A stretch of DNA of 64,000 bases, taken from positions 4,114 to 68,113 of the forward strand of contig CALKAQ010000033.1 in the NCBI GenBank assembly GCA_937983075.1, read 5' to 3'. Below the pieces are notes generated by a model. It did no database searches and was not told the DNA's origin. It saw nothing but the letters and a program-made list of their open reading frames with translations. Positions 8,488 through 18,297 of the stretch are shown here, one piece after another. How positions within the stretch are numbered: position 1 is the stretch's first letter; each line of letters begins with the position of its first letter. The DNA comes from an uncultured bacterium (GTDB lineage Bacteria > Bacillota > Limnochordia > DTU080 > JAAYLA01). The translations under genes were made by a program, and so were the position numbers.

Positions 8488-10011
8488 ATGAGTGAGATCA
8501 GTGTAGCCATGAAGGGCATCTGTAAGGACTTTGGTCCCGTTCGGGTCCTCTTCGATGTCGACTTTTCTGTGAAGAAGGGCGAAGTGCATGCTCTTCTTGG
8601 CGAAAATGGTGCGGGTAAGTCGACACTGATGAAGATCCTCGGTGGTTACCTGCAGCCGACTGAAGGCACAATCGAGATTTTCGGCGAAGAAGTCAAACTA
8701 ACCGACAGCGGACGGGCCGAAGATTTGGGTATCGTGCTCATCCACCAAGAGTTTAATCTCGCAGAAGATTTGACGGTCGAACAGAACATTTTTCTCGGCC
8801 GCGAAATTCGAAAAGGTCTTCTCGTGAATGAGCGCGAAATGCAGGAAAGATGCCGACAGGCTTTGGAGGAGCTTGAGTCAGCTCATATCGATCCGCGCAG
8901 CCGTGTGAAGGATCTCTCCGTATCGGAAAAGCAGATGGTCGAAATCACCAAGGCCATGTCGCGCAATACAAAGATTCTCATCCTCGATGAGCCGACTGCC
9001 GTTCTTACCGGCAGTGAGACAGCCGTTCTCTTTAAGCTCATTCGGCGCCTGAAGAGCCAGGGAGTAAGCATCATCTACATTTCGCACAAACTCGACGAAG
9101 TCAAGGAGATTTCCGATCGGATAACGGTCCTGCGCGACGGCAGATTGATTACCGTGCGTGACACTGCGGATGTCACGCCGGACGAGATGGCGAACTTAAT
9201 GGTAGGCCGCGAACTCGTTGATATGTACCCTCCCAAAAACCAAAATATCAACGATGAAGTCGTATTCGCGGTCGAAGGCGTTTCAGTGCCGAAGTTCTGT
9301 GAAAATTGCTCTTTTGAGCTCCGCCGCGGGGAAGTTCTTGGGTTTGCCGGTCTCGTTGGCTCGGGACGAACCGAGCTGATGGAAGGCATCCTCGGCCTGA
9401 GGCCGCGCACCTCGGGTAAGATTTACCGCAACGGTGAGGAAGTTAGAATTCGCACCGTCGCTGATGGTCTTAAATTGGGCATTGCGTATTTGAGCGAAGA
9501 CCGAAAGGGCAAAGGGCTTCACCTTGAGTTTACACTGACGCCAAATGTAACTTTGCTTGCGCTGAAGAAGTTTTGTAAGGGACTTTTCCTTGACAAAAAG
9601 CTCGAAGAAGAGGCGTTAAAGCAGGCGATTGAGGACTTCGAAATCAAGGTTCCCCATTTGAATACCAAGGTGAACACACTCAGCGGCGGTAATCAGCAGA
9701 AAGTCGCGCTGGGGAAGATCATGCAGGTTGATCCGGAAATCGTCATTTTGGATGAGCCGACCCGCGGTATCGACGTCGGCACCAAGCAGCAAATTTACTA
9801 TTTTGTACGTGAACTCACCGAGCAGGGAAGGTCGGTCATCTTGATTTCCTCGGAAATGCAAGAAATTATCGGGCTTTCCGATCGTGTTGCGGTGATGTTC
9901 GACGGCAGAATCACCGGTATCCTTACGGGCGATCAAATCAATGAAGAAACCATTGTCCGTTACGCCACGGGCTTGGAAGGGGTCAAGCAACATGCAGCAA
10001 AAACCGGCTGA
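8488..10011 (+). CDS. Sugar ABC transporter ATP-binding protein with duplicated ATPase domains (RbsA/MglA type)
   Basis: Two Walker A (GENGAGKST / second domain) and LSGGNQQK signature motifs; 509 aa. Confidence 0.85.
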   Translation: MSEISVAMKGICKDFGPVRVLFDVDFSVKKGEVHALLGENGAGKSTLMKILGGYLQPTEGTIEIFGEEVKLTDSGRAEDLGIVLIHQEFNLAEDLTVEQNIFLGREIRKGLLVNEREMQERCRQALEELESAHIDPRSRVKDLSVSEKQMVEITKAMSRNTKILILDEPTAVLTGSETAVLFKLIRRLKSQGVSIIYISHKLDEVKEISDRITVLRDGRLITVRDTADVTPDEMANLMVGRELVDMYPPKNQNINDEVVFAVEGVSVPKFCENCSFELRRGEVLGFAGLVGSGRTELMEGILGLRPRTSGKIYRNGEEVRIRTVADGLKLGIAYLSEDRKGKGLHLEFTLTPNVTLLALKKFCKGLFLDKKLEEEALKQAIEDFEIKVPHLNTKVNTLSGGNQQKVALGKIMQVDPEIVILDEPTRGIDVGTKQQIYYFVRELTEQGRSVILISSEMQEIIGLSDRVAVMFDGRITGILTGDQINEETIVRYATGLEGVKQHAAKTG

Positions 10012-11047
10012 GACTGTAGTACAACCAAAGCCGAGAATGCGCATTAATCTCGGGGCTTTCGGGCCGCTTATAGCGTTTATTGTGCTGTTTATTGTCGCTG
10101 CGATTATCGGCAGAGAGCAAAACTTTTTGTCGGCGCAGAATATCACCAACCTGTTGATACGTATGGCCTTGCTCGGTCCGGTTGCCATCGGTATGACGTT
10201 CGTCATCATCGGTGGGGGCCTTGACCTGTCGGTCGGTTCGATGATGGCCCTCATCGGCGGTCTGATGATCTTCTTGTCAGAATACCTGATCGATGTCATG
10301 GGCTATGGATTTTTCACCGCACTGTTGGTCATGATCGGTGCCGTCGTCATAGGGTTAATATTCGGTCTCATCAATGGGCTGCTGGTGACGAAAGCAAAGA
10401 TTGAACCATTTATCGTGACGCTCGGTACCATGGCCATCTTCCGTTCGGTGTTTGCATACTTGGCGGGAGGCGGCTCGCTCCGTTTTGATACGACGTTCAT
10501 GCGTGGAGCACGAGATGGATCCACCTGGGCGTACAGTACGATGTACAGCGGTAAAGTACTGCAATTCGGCGACTTTCCCGGCATCCCCTTGCCGTTCGTT
10601 GTGTTGATCGTTTTGGCGATCCTCGCAGGGATTTTGCTGAACAAAACGCGGTTTGGACGCTATGTTCTCGCCATCGGGTCCAATGAAAACGTCGCTCGCT
10701 ATTCAGCCATTAACGTCGACCGGATTAAACTGTACACCTACTGCCTCATCGGTGCATGCGTAGGTATTGCGACGATTCTCCAAATGGGACGTCTCGGTTC
10801 AGTACAGTATCAAACCGGTATGATGTTGGAACTGCAAGCCATTGCCGCTGTCGTTATTGGTGGCACCGCACTGAAAGGCGGTTCGGGCCGTATTTCAGGT
10901 ACTTTGCTCGGTGTAGCGATTTTCGTTCTCATCGAGATGGTGCTCAACATGCTGCCGTGGGTTGACAACAACCTCGTCGACACATTCCGTGGTGCCATCA
11001 TCATCGTGGCCGTTTGGCTGCAAATTCTCGGCAATCGAAAGCGGTAA
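9992..11047 (+). CDS. ABC transporter permease (RbsC/branched-chain type)
   Basis: Start MQQKPAE overlaps ATPase stop; about 10 TM segments. Confidence 0.8.
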   Translation: MQQKPAETVVQPKPRMRINLGAFGPLIAFIVLFIVAAIIGREQNFLSAQNITNLLIRMALLGPVAIGMTFVIIGGGLDLSVGSMMALIGGLMIFLSEYLIDVMGYGFFTALLVMIGAVVIGLIFGLINGLLVTKAKIEPFIVTLGTMAIFRSVFAYLAGGGSLRFDTTFMRGARDGSTWAYSTMYSGKVLQFGDFPGIPLPFVVLIVLAILAGILLNKTRFGRYVLAIGSNENVARYSAINVDRIKLYTYCLIGACVGIATILQMGRLGSVQYQTGMMLELQAIAAVVIGGTALKGGSGRISGTLLGVAIFVLIEMVLNMLPWVDNNLVDTFRGAIIIVAVWLQILGNRKR

Positions 11048-11067
11048 TCCTTTAACCTGCTTTTCGT

Positions 11068-11115
11068 GGGTTCCCCGACATCTTCTGAAGATGTTTGGGA
11101 ACCCGTTTTTCCTTT
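11068..11115 (+). terminator. Intrinsic terminator after the permease gene
   Basis: GGGUUCCCCGACAUCUUC / GAAGAUGUUUGGGAACCC long hairpin followed by GUUUUUCCUUUU. Confidence 0.55.
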
Positions 11116-11421
11116 TAACAAGGAATTCATGGTTAAAGCGATGAAAGACGGCATGGCGGCAAAAATTTCTTCCTGCAATCAGCTCGCAGCGACAAGAAAA
11201 AGAAGAATTTGTTGCTGGAGGAATGCAGGAATTTGTCTTTAATGTAGCGAAATGGAGAAGCAAGCAATGCACGTCTAGTACACCAGGAATTGAAGGGGGG
11301 TGGGGGATTTCACCGTGTGACCCGGGCTAAACGCCGAGCGCGGTGAAGATCTTCAACTAACGTTTACGTATTGAGAGGAATTTTTCCCAACGCAAATGGC
11401 CAAAGGAGGAATTCAGAGAAC

Positions 11422-12381
11422 ATGAAGAAGTTGAGAACGCTTTTGATCACTGCGATCGTTGCAGTTCTTGCTCTCGGCGCAGTTGCCAGCGCCCAACAAG
11501 AGCAAATTACCATTGGTGTCGCCATCCCGGCAGCGACTCACGGTTGGACGGGTGGCGTCAACTACTGGACCAACGAAACTGTGGCTTCGCTTGAAGCTCG
11601 CTATCCGAACCTGAAGTTCGTCGTCTTGGCTGCCAACAGCGCTGCTCAGCAGGCTGACCAGCTCCAGGACCTCTACGTATTGCACAACATCGATGCTCTC
11701 GTCATCCTGCCGTTCGAATCCGACCCGCTCACCGGCCCGGTTCGTGAACTCAAGGAATTGGGCGTCTGGGTAACGGTTGTCGACCGTGCTTTGGGTGAAG
11801 AAGGCATCGAAGACCTCTATGTCGCCGGTGACAACTACTCCTTCGGTCGTGTCGCTTGCGAATACATCGCTGAGCGTCTCGGCGGCCAAGGTGACATCAT
11901 CATTATGCGCGGTATGCCGATCGTCATCGATCAGCAGCGCTTCGACGCCTGCATGGAGGTTCTCTCCAAGACGAACATTCGAGTTCTTGACACCGCTTAC
12001 GCCAACTTCAACCGCGATGATGCTTTCGAGCGTATGGAAGAGTTCTTGATCCGCTACCCGAAGATCGATGCCATCTACGGCATGGATGACGACCAGGTAG
12101 TCGGTATCCTCGAGGCGATCGAACTCGCCGGCCGCACCGATATTCAGTTCATCGTCGGCGGTGCTGGTATGAAGGAAATGATCGAGCGTGTCATGAACAA
12201 CGATTCGATGATCCCGGTCGACGTCACCTATCCGCCGTCTCAGATTGCGACCGCTCTCGAAATCACCGCTCTGAACTTCGTGCGGAAGGGTGTTCCGGTC
12301 AACGGTAAGTTCATCATCGAGTCTGTTCTGGTCACGCCGGAAAACGCTGCTGAGCACTACTTCCCCGATTCGCCGTTCTAA
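11422..12381 (+). CDS. Sugar ABC transporter periplasmic substrate-binding protein (periplasmic binding protein-like I fold), lipoprotein/secreted
   Basis: AAAGGAGGA RBS, MKKLRTLLITAIVAVLALGAVASA signal peptide; PBP type I sequence features. Confidence 0.8.
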   Translation: MKKLRTLLITAIVAVLALGAVASAQQEQITIGVAIPAATHGWTGGVNYWTNETVASLEARYPNLKFVVLAANSAAQQADQLQDLYVLHNIDALVILPFESDPLTGPVRELKELGVWVTVVDRALGEEGIEDLYVAGDNYSFGRVACEYIAERLGGQGDIIIMRGMPIVIDQQRFDACMEVLSKTNIRVLDTAYANFNRDDAFERMEEFLIRYPKIDAIYGMDDDQVVGILEAIELAGRTDIQFIVGGAGMKEMIERVMNNDSMIPVDVTYPPSQIATALEITALNFVRKGVPVNGKFIIESVLVTPENAAEHYFPDSPF

Positions 12382-12442
12382 TGCACTGACGCACACGAGT
12401 GCGTAAGTGAGGCGAATCAGCGAAGGCATTCAAAGCCCGGGT

Positions 12443-12484
12443 AAAAAAAGCGTTGGTTCCCCACAGGGAACCAACGCTTTTTGC
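12443..12484. terminator. Bidirectional intrinsic terminator between convergent genes
   Basis: AAAGCGUUGGUUCCC-CACA-GGGAACCAACGCUUU perfect hairpin flanked by an A-tract and a U-tract. Confidence 0.6.
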
Positions 12485-12497
12485 ATGTATCTGCTCT

Positions 12498-13211
12498 TTA
12501 CCCAGCATGATCAGGGAAGTTCTCGTGTTCAATCATTGCCCGCACGATTTCAAACGAGCGGTTCGATGCGTGCTCAACAAATTCATTGAAGTTGTCCGGT
12601 GCTGATCCGTCGGCTTTGTCGGACATCGAACGAATGACCACAAACGGTACTCCGTTCTGCTGGCACACATGTGCAACCGCTGCGCCTTCCATCTCGGCGC
12701 ACAAAGCTTGAAAGACCTCATGCAGCTGTTTCGCTTTTTCACGGCTGCCGATAAACTGGTCACCTGAAACGATGCATCCCGCTCTTACCGTCGTGCCGTT
12801 GACGCTGCGACTCGATTGGAGGGCGAGTTCAACGAGCCGTTGGTCGGCGTAAAAGACGCTCTGAGGGTAGAAGGGGATGACACCGAGAGGAAAGCCGAGT
12901 GCCGTAGCATCGATGTCGTGATGCTGCAGATGCGTTGAAACGACAATATCACCGATCTCAAGGGAGGGGTCGAGAGCGCCGGCGACACCCGTAAAAATCA
13001 CCGACGTTGCTCCGAATTCAGAGATGAGGATTTGCGCGGTCATCGCTGCATTGACTTTGCCCACTCCGGATTTGCACAACACTACGTTTCGGCCTGCAAG
13101 CGTCCCTTGATAAAACGAAATCTGCGCTCGCACCGTTTCAGTTGCGTCTTGCAACGCCTGCTTGAACAACGCTACTTCTTCGTCCATTGCCCCGATGATG
13201 CCTATCACCAT
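12498..13211 (-). CDS. mtnN: 5'-Methylthioadenosine / S-adenosylhomocysteine nucleosidase
   Basis: MVIGIIGAMDEEV N-terminus and full-length similarity to the Pfs/MtnN family; AAGGAGGA RBS. Confidence 0.85.
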   Translation of the reverse strand: MVIGIIGAMDEEVALFKQALQDATETVRAQISFYQGTLAGRNVVLCKSGVGKVNAAMTAQILISEFGATSVIFTGVAGALDPSLEIGDIVVSTHLQHHDIDATALGFPLGVIPFYPQSVFYADQRLVELALQSSRSVNGTTVRAGCIVSGDQFIGSREKAKQLHEVFQALCAEMEGAAVAHVCQQNGVPFVVIRSMSDKADGSAPDNFNEFVEHASNRSFEIVRAMIEHENFPDHAG

Positions 13212-13429
13212 TGAGTCCTCCTTGCCAAGTTGAGCACGAAACTATATTAGACGAGTTCAGCCAAAATAGCCAGCGCCAAGCATGAAGGTAATCTTCAAGC
13301 ATAAAAGCCCAGAAAACCTGGGCTTGTTGTCGAAAATAGATCAGTTCGGTTGCACTAGCAGGGAAAAAGCCGCTTCGGACGACGGTCACTCAACCAACCC
13401 CACGAGCGAAGATCCGTCGAAGGGAGATC

Positions 13430-14266
13430 CTACACGCTCGTGAGCTGAGACAACGTGGAGTCAAAATGCCGACGTACAACCAAGTAAAAGAGGATGGTCG
13501 GAATGAGGGTGAGGGTACCGCCGGCCATCAGAAGGGCATAGCCGACGCGCAAATTTGCGCTTCCCAGGCTGTTGAGAGCAACTGAAACCGTGAGTTTTTC
13601 TGGTGTATCGAGAAGGATGAGTGGCAGGAAGTGTTCGTGCCATGCCAGGATGAAATGGATGAGCGCGTATGTCAAGACACCGGGTCGGATGAGAGGATAG
13701 ATGATTGGCAGCAGCTGATATTCAGACGCGCCTTCCACCCGTGCGATATCCAGCAAGTCGTTGGGAACTCGCCGAATGATCTCGGTAAGGAACAGAATGC
13801 CGATGCCGCTCACCGTGCCGGGCAGGATGACGGCAAATATATTGTCATAAAGCCCCAATCTGTTGATCCAGGTAAACAGGGGCACGATGATGACTTGATG
13901 TGGAATTAAAATGACCGAAATGGCCAGCAGATAGAGGAGGCGTGAAAAGCGAAAGCGATAACGTGCAAAAACAAATGCCGCTCCCAATGCAAAAACGGTA
14001 GCACCGATGGTTTGGAAGGTTGCAATTAAAAAGGTGCTGATGTATTGCTGCACAAACGGGATCCAACGACCGCTAAGCAGCTGACGAAAATAAACCAAAT
14101 CGAACTTTTCGGGCATAAAAGGGAAGACGCGGATGAACTCCTGGTTGCTCTTAAACGAAGCGGTGATCATCCACAACACGGGAAATGTAAAAATTGCACA
14201 TACAGCCAGCAGGATTAAGGTTGAAAGCATCTGCTTGAGCTGATGTCGCATTTGTCGGCTGATCAC
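13430..14266 (-). CDS. Carbohydrate ABC transporter permease (MalG/UgpE type)
   Basis: 6-TM permease with EAA-like loop; GTG start with GAGGA RBS. Confidence 0.8.
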   Translation of the reverse strand: MISRQMRHQLKQMLSTLILLAVCAIFTFPVLWMITASFKSNQEFIRVFPFMPEKFDLVYFRQLLSGRWIPFVQQYISTFLIATFQTIGATVFALGAAFVFARYRFRFSRLLYLLAISVILIPHQVIIVPLFTWINRLGLYDNIFAVILPGTVSGIGILFLTEIIRRVPNDLLDIARVEGASEYQLLPIIYPLIRPGVLTYALIHFILAWHEHFLPLILLDTPEKLTVSVALNSLGSANLRVGYALLMAGGTLTLIPTILFYLVVRRHFDSTLSQLTSV

Positions 14267-14341
14267 GATGCAACGTCCTCCTGACAGACACCGCCTACGT
14301 GACTCATCGCTTGCGTGCGGCTGCCTGCAAACGACAACGCC

Positions 14342-15265
14342 TTAATCTTCGCTTGATTTGAGGCGCAAGAACAGCCAAACCGCAGCAACGAGTATCGGCA
14401 CGATAATATAACTGATAGCCGTGGCAACGCCGAAGTTGCCGCCGGCTCCGTAAAACGCGGTGCGATAGATGAGGTTGACAATGAGCAAACCGGACTCCAG
14501 GGCACCGCCTCCGGTGCCTAAAATCGCGTGCGCACCGCTGAACAAAACAAATGCATCAAAGACCAAGAACAAGGCGGCGAACAGCAAAATAGGCCGCAAG
14601 AGTGGCACCGTTACGTAACGGAAAATTTGGAACCGATTCGCGCCTTCCGTCCGAGCGGCATCGTAGTAGGCTTGCGGAATGCCATCGAGACCGGCCCAGA
14701 TAAACATCGTGACAAACCCGGTCCAGCGCCATATTCCCAAGATAATAAGCGCTGGTTTGATCAACTTGGGATCTTTAAGCCAATCGAGATTTGGGGAGCC
14801 GAATGGTGCCAAAAGGACGTTGTTCAATAGTCCGTAACGCCCGCTGAAAAGATAGACAAAAAGGAGCCCCATCACAATGGGCGGCATGAGCGCAGGCACG
14901 AACAACAGAAAGCGAATCAGCCCCTGCAAGCGCGAATAGGCATTGCGCAGAAGCAAAGCGAGAGCAAAGGCTGCCGGAATGATGGTGATCAACGTACCTA
15001 CGAGGTAATAGCTGGTGTTGTATAATGCGCGCCAAAAAGACGTATTCGACAGCGACAGGACACGGGCGTAGTTCGCGAGTCCGATGAATTCACCCGAGAC
15101 ACTGTCCCGCATACTGAGATTTAAGCCTGCTATCAGCGGAACGACCCAAAACAGGCAGTAAAAGAGAAAGAAGGGGACGAGGAAGAGATAGGGTGGTCTC
15201 TTCCTCGTCGTTTTCATGGCCGTTTGTGCGGCTTTTGTTTCAGTCACAACAACCGGCGTGCGCAT
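14342..15265 (-). CDS. Carbohydrate ABC transporter permease (MalF/UgpA type)
   Basis: Polytopic membrane protein, typical permease of CUT1 family; follows SBP gene by 15 nt. Confidence 0.8.
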   Translation of the reverse strand: MRTPVVVTETKAAQTAMKTTRKRPPYLFLVPFFLFYCLFWVVPLIAGLNLSMRDSVSGEFIGLANYARVLSLSNTSFWRALYNTSYYLVGTLITIIPAAFALALLLRNAYSRLQGLIRFLLFVPALMPPIVMGLLFVYLFSGRYGLLNNVLLAPFGSPNLDWLKDPKLIKPALIILGIWRWTGFVTMFIWAGLDGIPQAYYDAARTEGANRFQIFRYVTVPLLRPILLFAALFLVFDAFVLFSGAHAILGTGGGALESGLLIVNLIYRTAFYGAGGNFGVATAISYIIVPILVAAVWLFLRLKSSED

Positions 15266-15280
15266 GATGTCTTTGTCGTC

Positions 15281-16579
15281 CTAGTTGCCGTAATATGCCT
15301 GATAGGTGTTGAAAATGATTCTCTCGACTTCCGGCAGAAGTTGGCTCGCGCTTTGGCCGTTCAGATGCGCGGTCGTGACGGCCGGCCAAAAGCTTTGCCA
15401 CGCTTCGATGAACAAGGTCTGGAACAAATGCTGATTTTGCGTGGGCAACTCGGGAGCGAGTTCGAGAAGCAAGGCGCCGAGCGATTGACCGCCGAAATAC
15501 GGATCAGATTTCAACAGACGCGGATCATCCCACGCAGGCATGTACGATGGGAACGAGTTGTCTTGGACGAAGCGCTGGACGCTGCCTTCGATGTCAGCAA
15601 GAGCAAACTCGATGAAGCTCCACGCCTCTTCGACTTTATTCGAGCCGGCGGTAATCAAGAGCCCCTGGCCGCCATAGCTGCTCGTACGGCGATCGTCGGA
15701 CACACCGTCATTCCAGCGCGGAAGCGGCATGGCTCGCCACAGGCCTTCCATATCGAAGGCGTTGTACTTCAAATAGTCGAGTCCAAGCCATTCCGGACCG
15801 ATGAGGGTAAGTACGTCGTGGAGCTCGCCGCCGATGAACAGACCGTCATACAGCGTGCCGCGTGACGGAACGAGAGCGATGTCCATTTCGAGCAAGTCGA
15901 TAATCCAATCGAGGGTATCAATGGCGAGGTCGCTCGTGATGGCCAGGTTGCCGTTCTTGTCAACAATGTCTCCGCCGCGCTGACGGAGGAGAATTTGGAA
16001 ATACGAGTGGTCGAGAGCGACCATATACTCTCCGGTTGTTTCTTTGACCTTGAGACCGATCTCAACGAAGTCATCCCACGTTTTGATGTCGTCGGGATTG
16101 ATGCCGAGCTCTTCAAACCGATCAGCCCGGTAATAGAGCATGACGGCCGAAAGCGATTGGGGAATTCCATAGATGCGATCATTGTACGAGAAGAGCGCCA
16201 TGCGCTGCGGCGGAATCTTTTCGTTCAATCCGCTTTCAAGCACCCGGTCGGTGAGATCGACGAACGGAACGTAGTTACCCAAATATGCGCCCACCAGATT
16301 TTCATCGAACTGGACGATGTCCGGCATGTTGACGCCGGTTTGCAGCGCGCTGTTGAAGCGGTAAACCAGGTCCATGAAACCGAAGGCTTGCACTTCGGCC
16401 CGGAAGTTCGGATCCACCTGCTCCTGATACAGTTTGACTACGTTTTCGAAGTCATGCAGGTCGGCCGCCGAGCTGAGCCAAATTTTTAAGGGTTCGGAAT
16501 CCGCGGCCATGACTGGAACTGCAATGAGTCCAAAAACAATTAATGTCAATAAAATTTTTCTAAAACGCAGTGCAAACAC
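15281..16579 (-). CDS. Extracellular solute-binding protein of a CUT1 sugar ABC transporter
   Basis: Signal peptide MFALRFRKILLTLIVFGLIAVPVMAADS; family-1 SBP features. Confidence 0.8.
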   Translation of the reverse strand: MFALRFRKILLTLIVFGLIAVPVMAADSEPLKIWLSSAADLHDFENVVKLYQEQVDPNFRAEVQAFGFMDLVYRFNSALQTGVNMPDIVQFDENLVGAYLGNYVPFVDLTDRVLESGLNEKIPPQRMALFSYNDRIYGIPQSLSAVMLYYRADRFEELGINPDDIKTWDDFVEIGLKVKETTGEYMVALDHSYFQILLRQRGGDIVDKNGNLAITSDLAIDTLDWIIDLLEMDIALVPSRGTLYDGLFIGGELHDVLTLIGPEWLGLDYLKYNAFDMEGLWRAMPLPRWNDGVSDDRRTSSYGGQGLLITAGSNKVEEAWSFIEFALADIEGSVQRFVQDNSFPSYMPAWDDPRLLKSDPYFGGQSLGALLLELAPELPTQNQHLFQTLFIEAWQSFWPAVTTAHLNGQSASQLLPEVERIIFNTYQAYYGN

Positions 16580-16863
16580 CCCCTAGTTGTTGTTAGTCTT
16601 AGTTTATATGATCCGCCATTGGTAATTCAACTGGTATTTTACACGTTGATCCCTTGTAGGGCCCATTTGGAAGGGGATTAGCGGAACTTGTCTCCGGGGA
16701 GCTCGGTTTATCGACAGCTTTCAACCGAGAACAACAAAATGTGCCAAAAGATCCAATACTCAAAGGTGCAGTGTTTTCAGTCGATTGAAGGAGGATTTGT
16801 GCCGCACTTGCCGAAGGTTCCCATACGACCGTTGACCGTTCGTTATCCTGTGAAATCGGGAGG

Positions 16864-17697
16864 GTGACACATTTGATTCGCAATCGCTTGGGGCGTCACA
16901 GTTTCATCCTGACGCTGGCGATGCTGCTCGTCGCCTGCGCTGCTTTTGCGGTTTCCGCACAGCTGTCTGAAGCCGAGCTGTGGGCTCACCGCGAAGGCAT
17001 TTCGCCCGAAGGATGGCTCGCCAGTTCATCCGTCAACTCCGAGTCCGCTCAGCTCGGCATCGACGGAAATGCGAATACGTCTTGGAATGCACTTGCTAAA
17101 GCCGGAGACTATTATGCGGTCGATCTCGGTGACGTCTACGCCGTAAACCGCCTCGAATGGCACACCGGAAAAACGGCGCTTGCCTATCCGCAAGATTTCC
17201 GCGTCGAAGTTTCGCTCGACGGTGACAATTGGACGACGGTTGCATCCGCCGACGATGCCGAACAATTCCTAGCGGAAGATCATCTTCTGCAGGTCATCTG
17301 GCCTGCAGTTGAGGCGCGGTACTTGCGCATTGTTCAGCAAAGCGACCAAGACGAGGCATTGAACCTGCAGCGGCTGATCGTTTGGGAAGAAGGCATGGAG
17401 GTCGGGGCACTCATCTATGAGTGGGTTTATATTCCCGCGAACCTCCTTGTAGCCGAAGGTACAAAGGTGAACTGGCTGCAGGCTGATTTCACGCCGCACA
17501 CGGTCACCGAGGGAATCCCGGCCACACCGCCGCATGAACGTATTTTCGATTCGATGTATGACGAAGAAGGCAATTGGGTTGGCTATATGTACCTGGGCGA
17601 CACATGGGCCTATGTTTTTAGGGAAGCGGGCTTTTTTGAGTACATCTGTTTGCCGCACCCGTTCATGGAAGGAACGGTGAAAGTGGTCCGGTTCTAA
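16864..17697 (+). CDS. Secreted fusion protein: N-terminal F5/8 type C (discoidin) domain + C-terminal amicyanin-like type-1 copper (cupredoxin) domain
   Basis: Signal peptide; GIDGNANTSWNA...RLEWHTG discoidin-like block; C-terminal FTPHTVT ... YICLPHPFMEGTVKVV matches the amicyanin His / C-x-P-H-P-F-M copper-ligand pattern. Start could be TTG at 16873. Confidence 0.65.
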   Translation: MTHLIRNRLGRHSFILTLAMLLVACAAFAVSAQLSEAELWAHREGISPEGWLASSSVNSESAQLGIDGNANTSWNALAKAGDYYAVDLGDVYAVNRLEWHTGKTALAYPQDFRVEVSLDGDNWTTVASADDAEQFLAEDHLLQVIWPAVEARYLRIVQQSDQDEALNLQRLIVWEEGMEVGALIYEWVYIPANLLVAEGTKVNWLQADFTPHTVTEGIPATPPHERIFDSMYDEEGNWVGYMYLGDTWAYVFREAGFFEYICLPHPFMEGTVKVVRF

Positions 17698-17732
17698 AGT
17701 AGGATATTAGGAATCGCATGCGAATCATGGAA

Positions 17733-17764
17733 GGGGCTGTCCCAACGGGCAGCCCCGTTTTTGA
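17733..17764 (+). terminator. Intrinsic terminator
   Basis: GGGGCUGUCCC-AAC-GGGCAGCCCC followed by GUUUUUGAU. Confidence 0.55.
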
Positions 17765-17799
17765 TGCCAAGAGTGCCTCAGCACAAGGAGGAAGCCTGA

Positions 17800-18204
17800 G
17801 TGGATCGTTATCAAAGGGGACGGGAAAAACTGGTTGAAATCCACGGCAACCGCAACCGCGGCCAGAAAGTACTCGACAGTTTCAACGAAATTGCTCCGGA
17901 CTTGCCGCGATTCATCACCGAGTTCGGCTACGGCGACATTTACTCGCGCCCCGGATTGGATGTGAAAACGCGGCAGCTCGCCACGGTCGCGGCGCTTGCC
18001 GCGCTCGGTACGTGGCCCAATGAATTGAAGGTGCACATTCACGGCGCCCTGAATGTCGGCTGCAGCAAGGAAGAAATCGTCGAAGTGATTTTGCAAATGG
18101 TGCTTTACGCAGGTTTTCCGGCGGCAATGAACGCCATGCACATCGCCAAACAAGCCTTCGACGAAAGGGAAGAAGACGAACAGCTGACATCTGACGGAAC
18201 TTGA
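17800..18204 (+). CDS. Carboxymuconolactone decarboxylase family protein (AhpD-like)
   Basis: GTG start after AAGGAGGA; sequence typical of 4-carboxymuconolactone decarboxylase family (PcaC-like). Confidence 0.75.
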   Translation: MDRYQRGREKLVEIHGNRNRGQKVLDSFNEIAPDLPRFITEFGYGDIYSRPGLDVKTRQLATVAALAALGTWPNELKVHIHGALNVGCSKEEIVEVILQMVLYAGFPAAMNAMHIAKQAFDEREEDEQLTSDGT

Positions 18205-18297
18205 ACGCGAGGCGATCCGGGCGAAGGGGTGTGCCGCGAGCAACACTTGCGCGTTGAGGCTTGAATGCCCGCGCGCATCATTCGCCCGGATTCGCCG

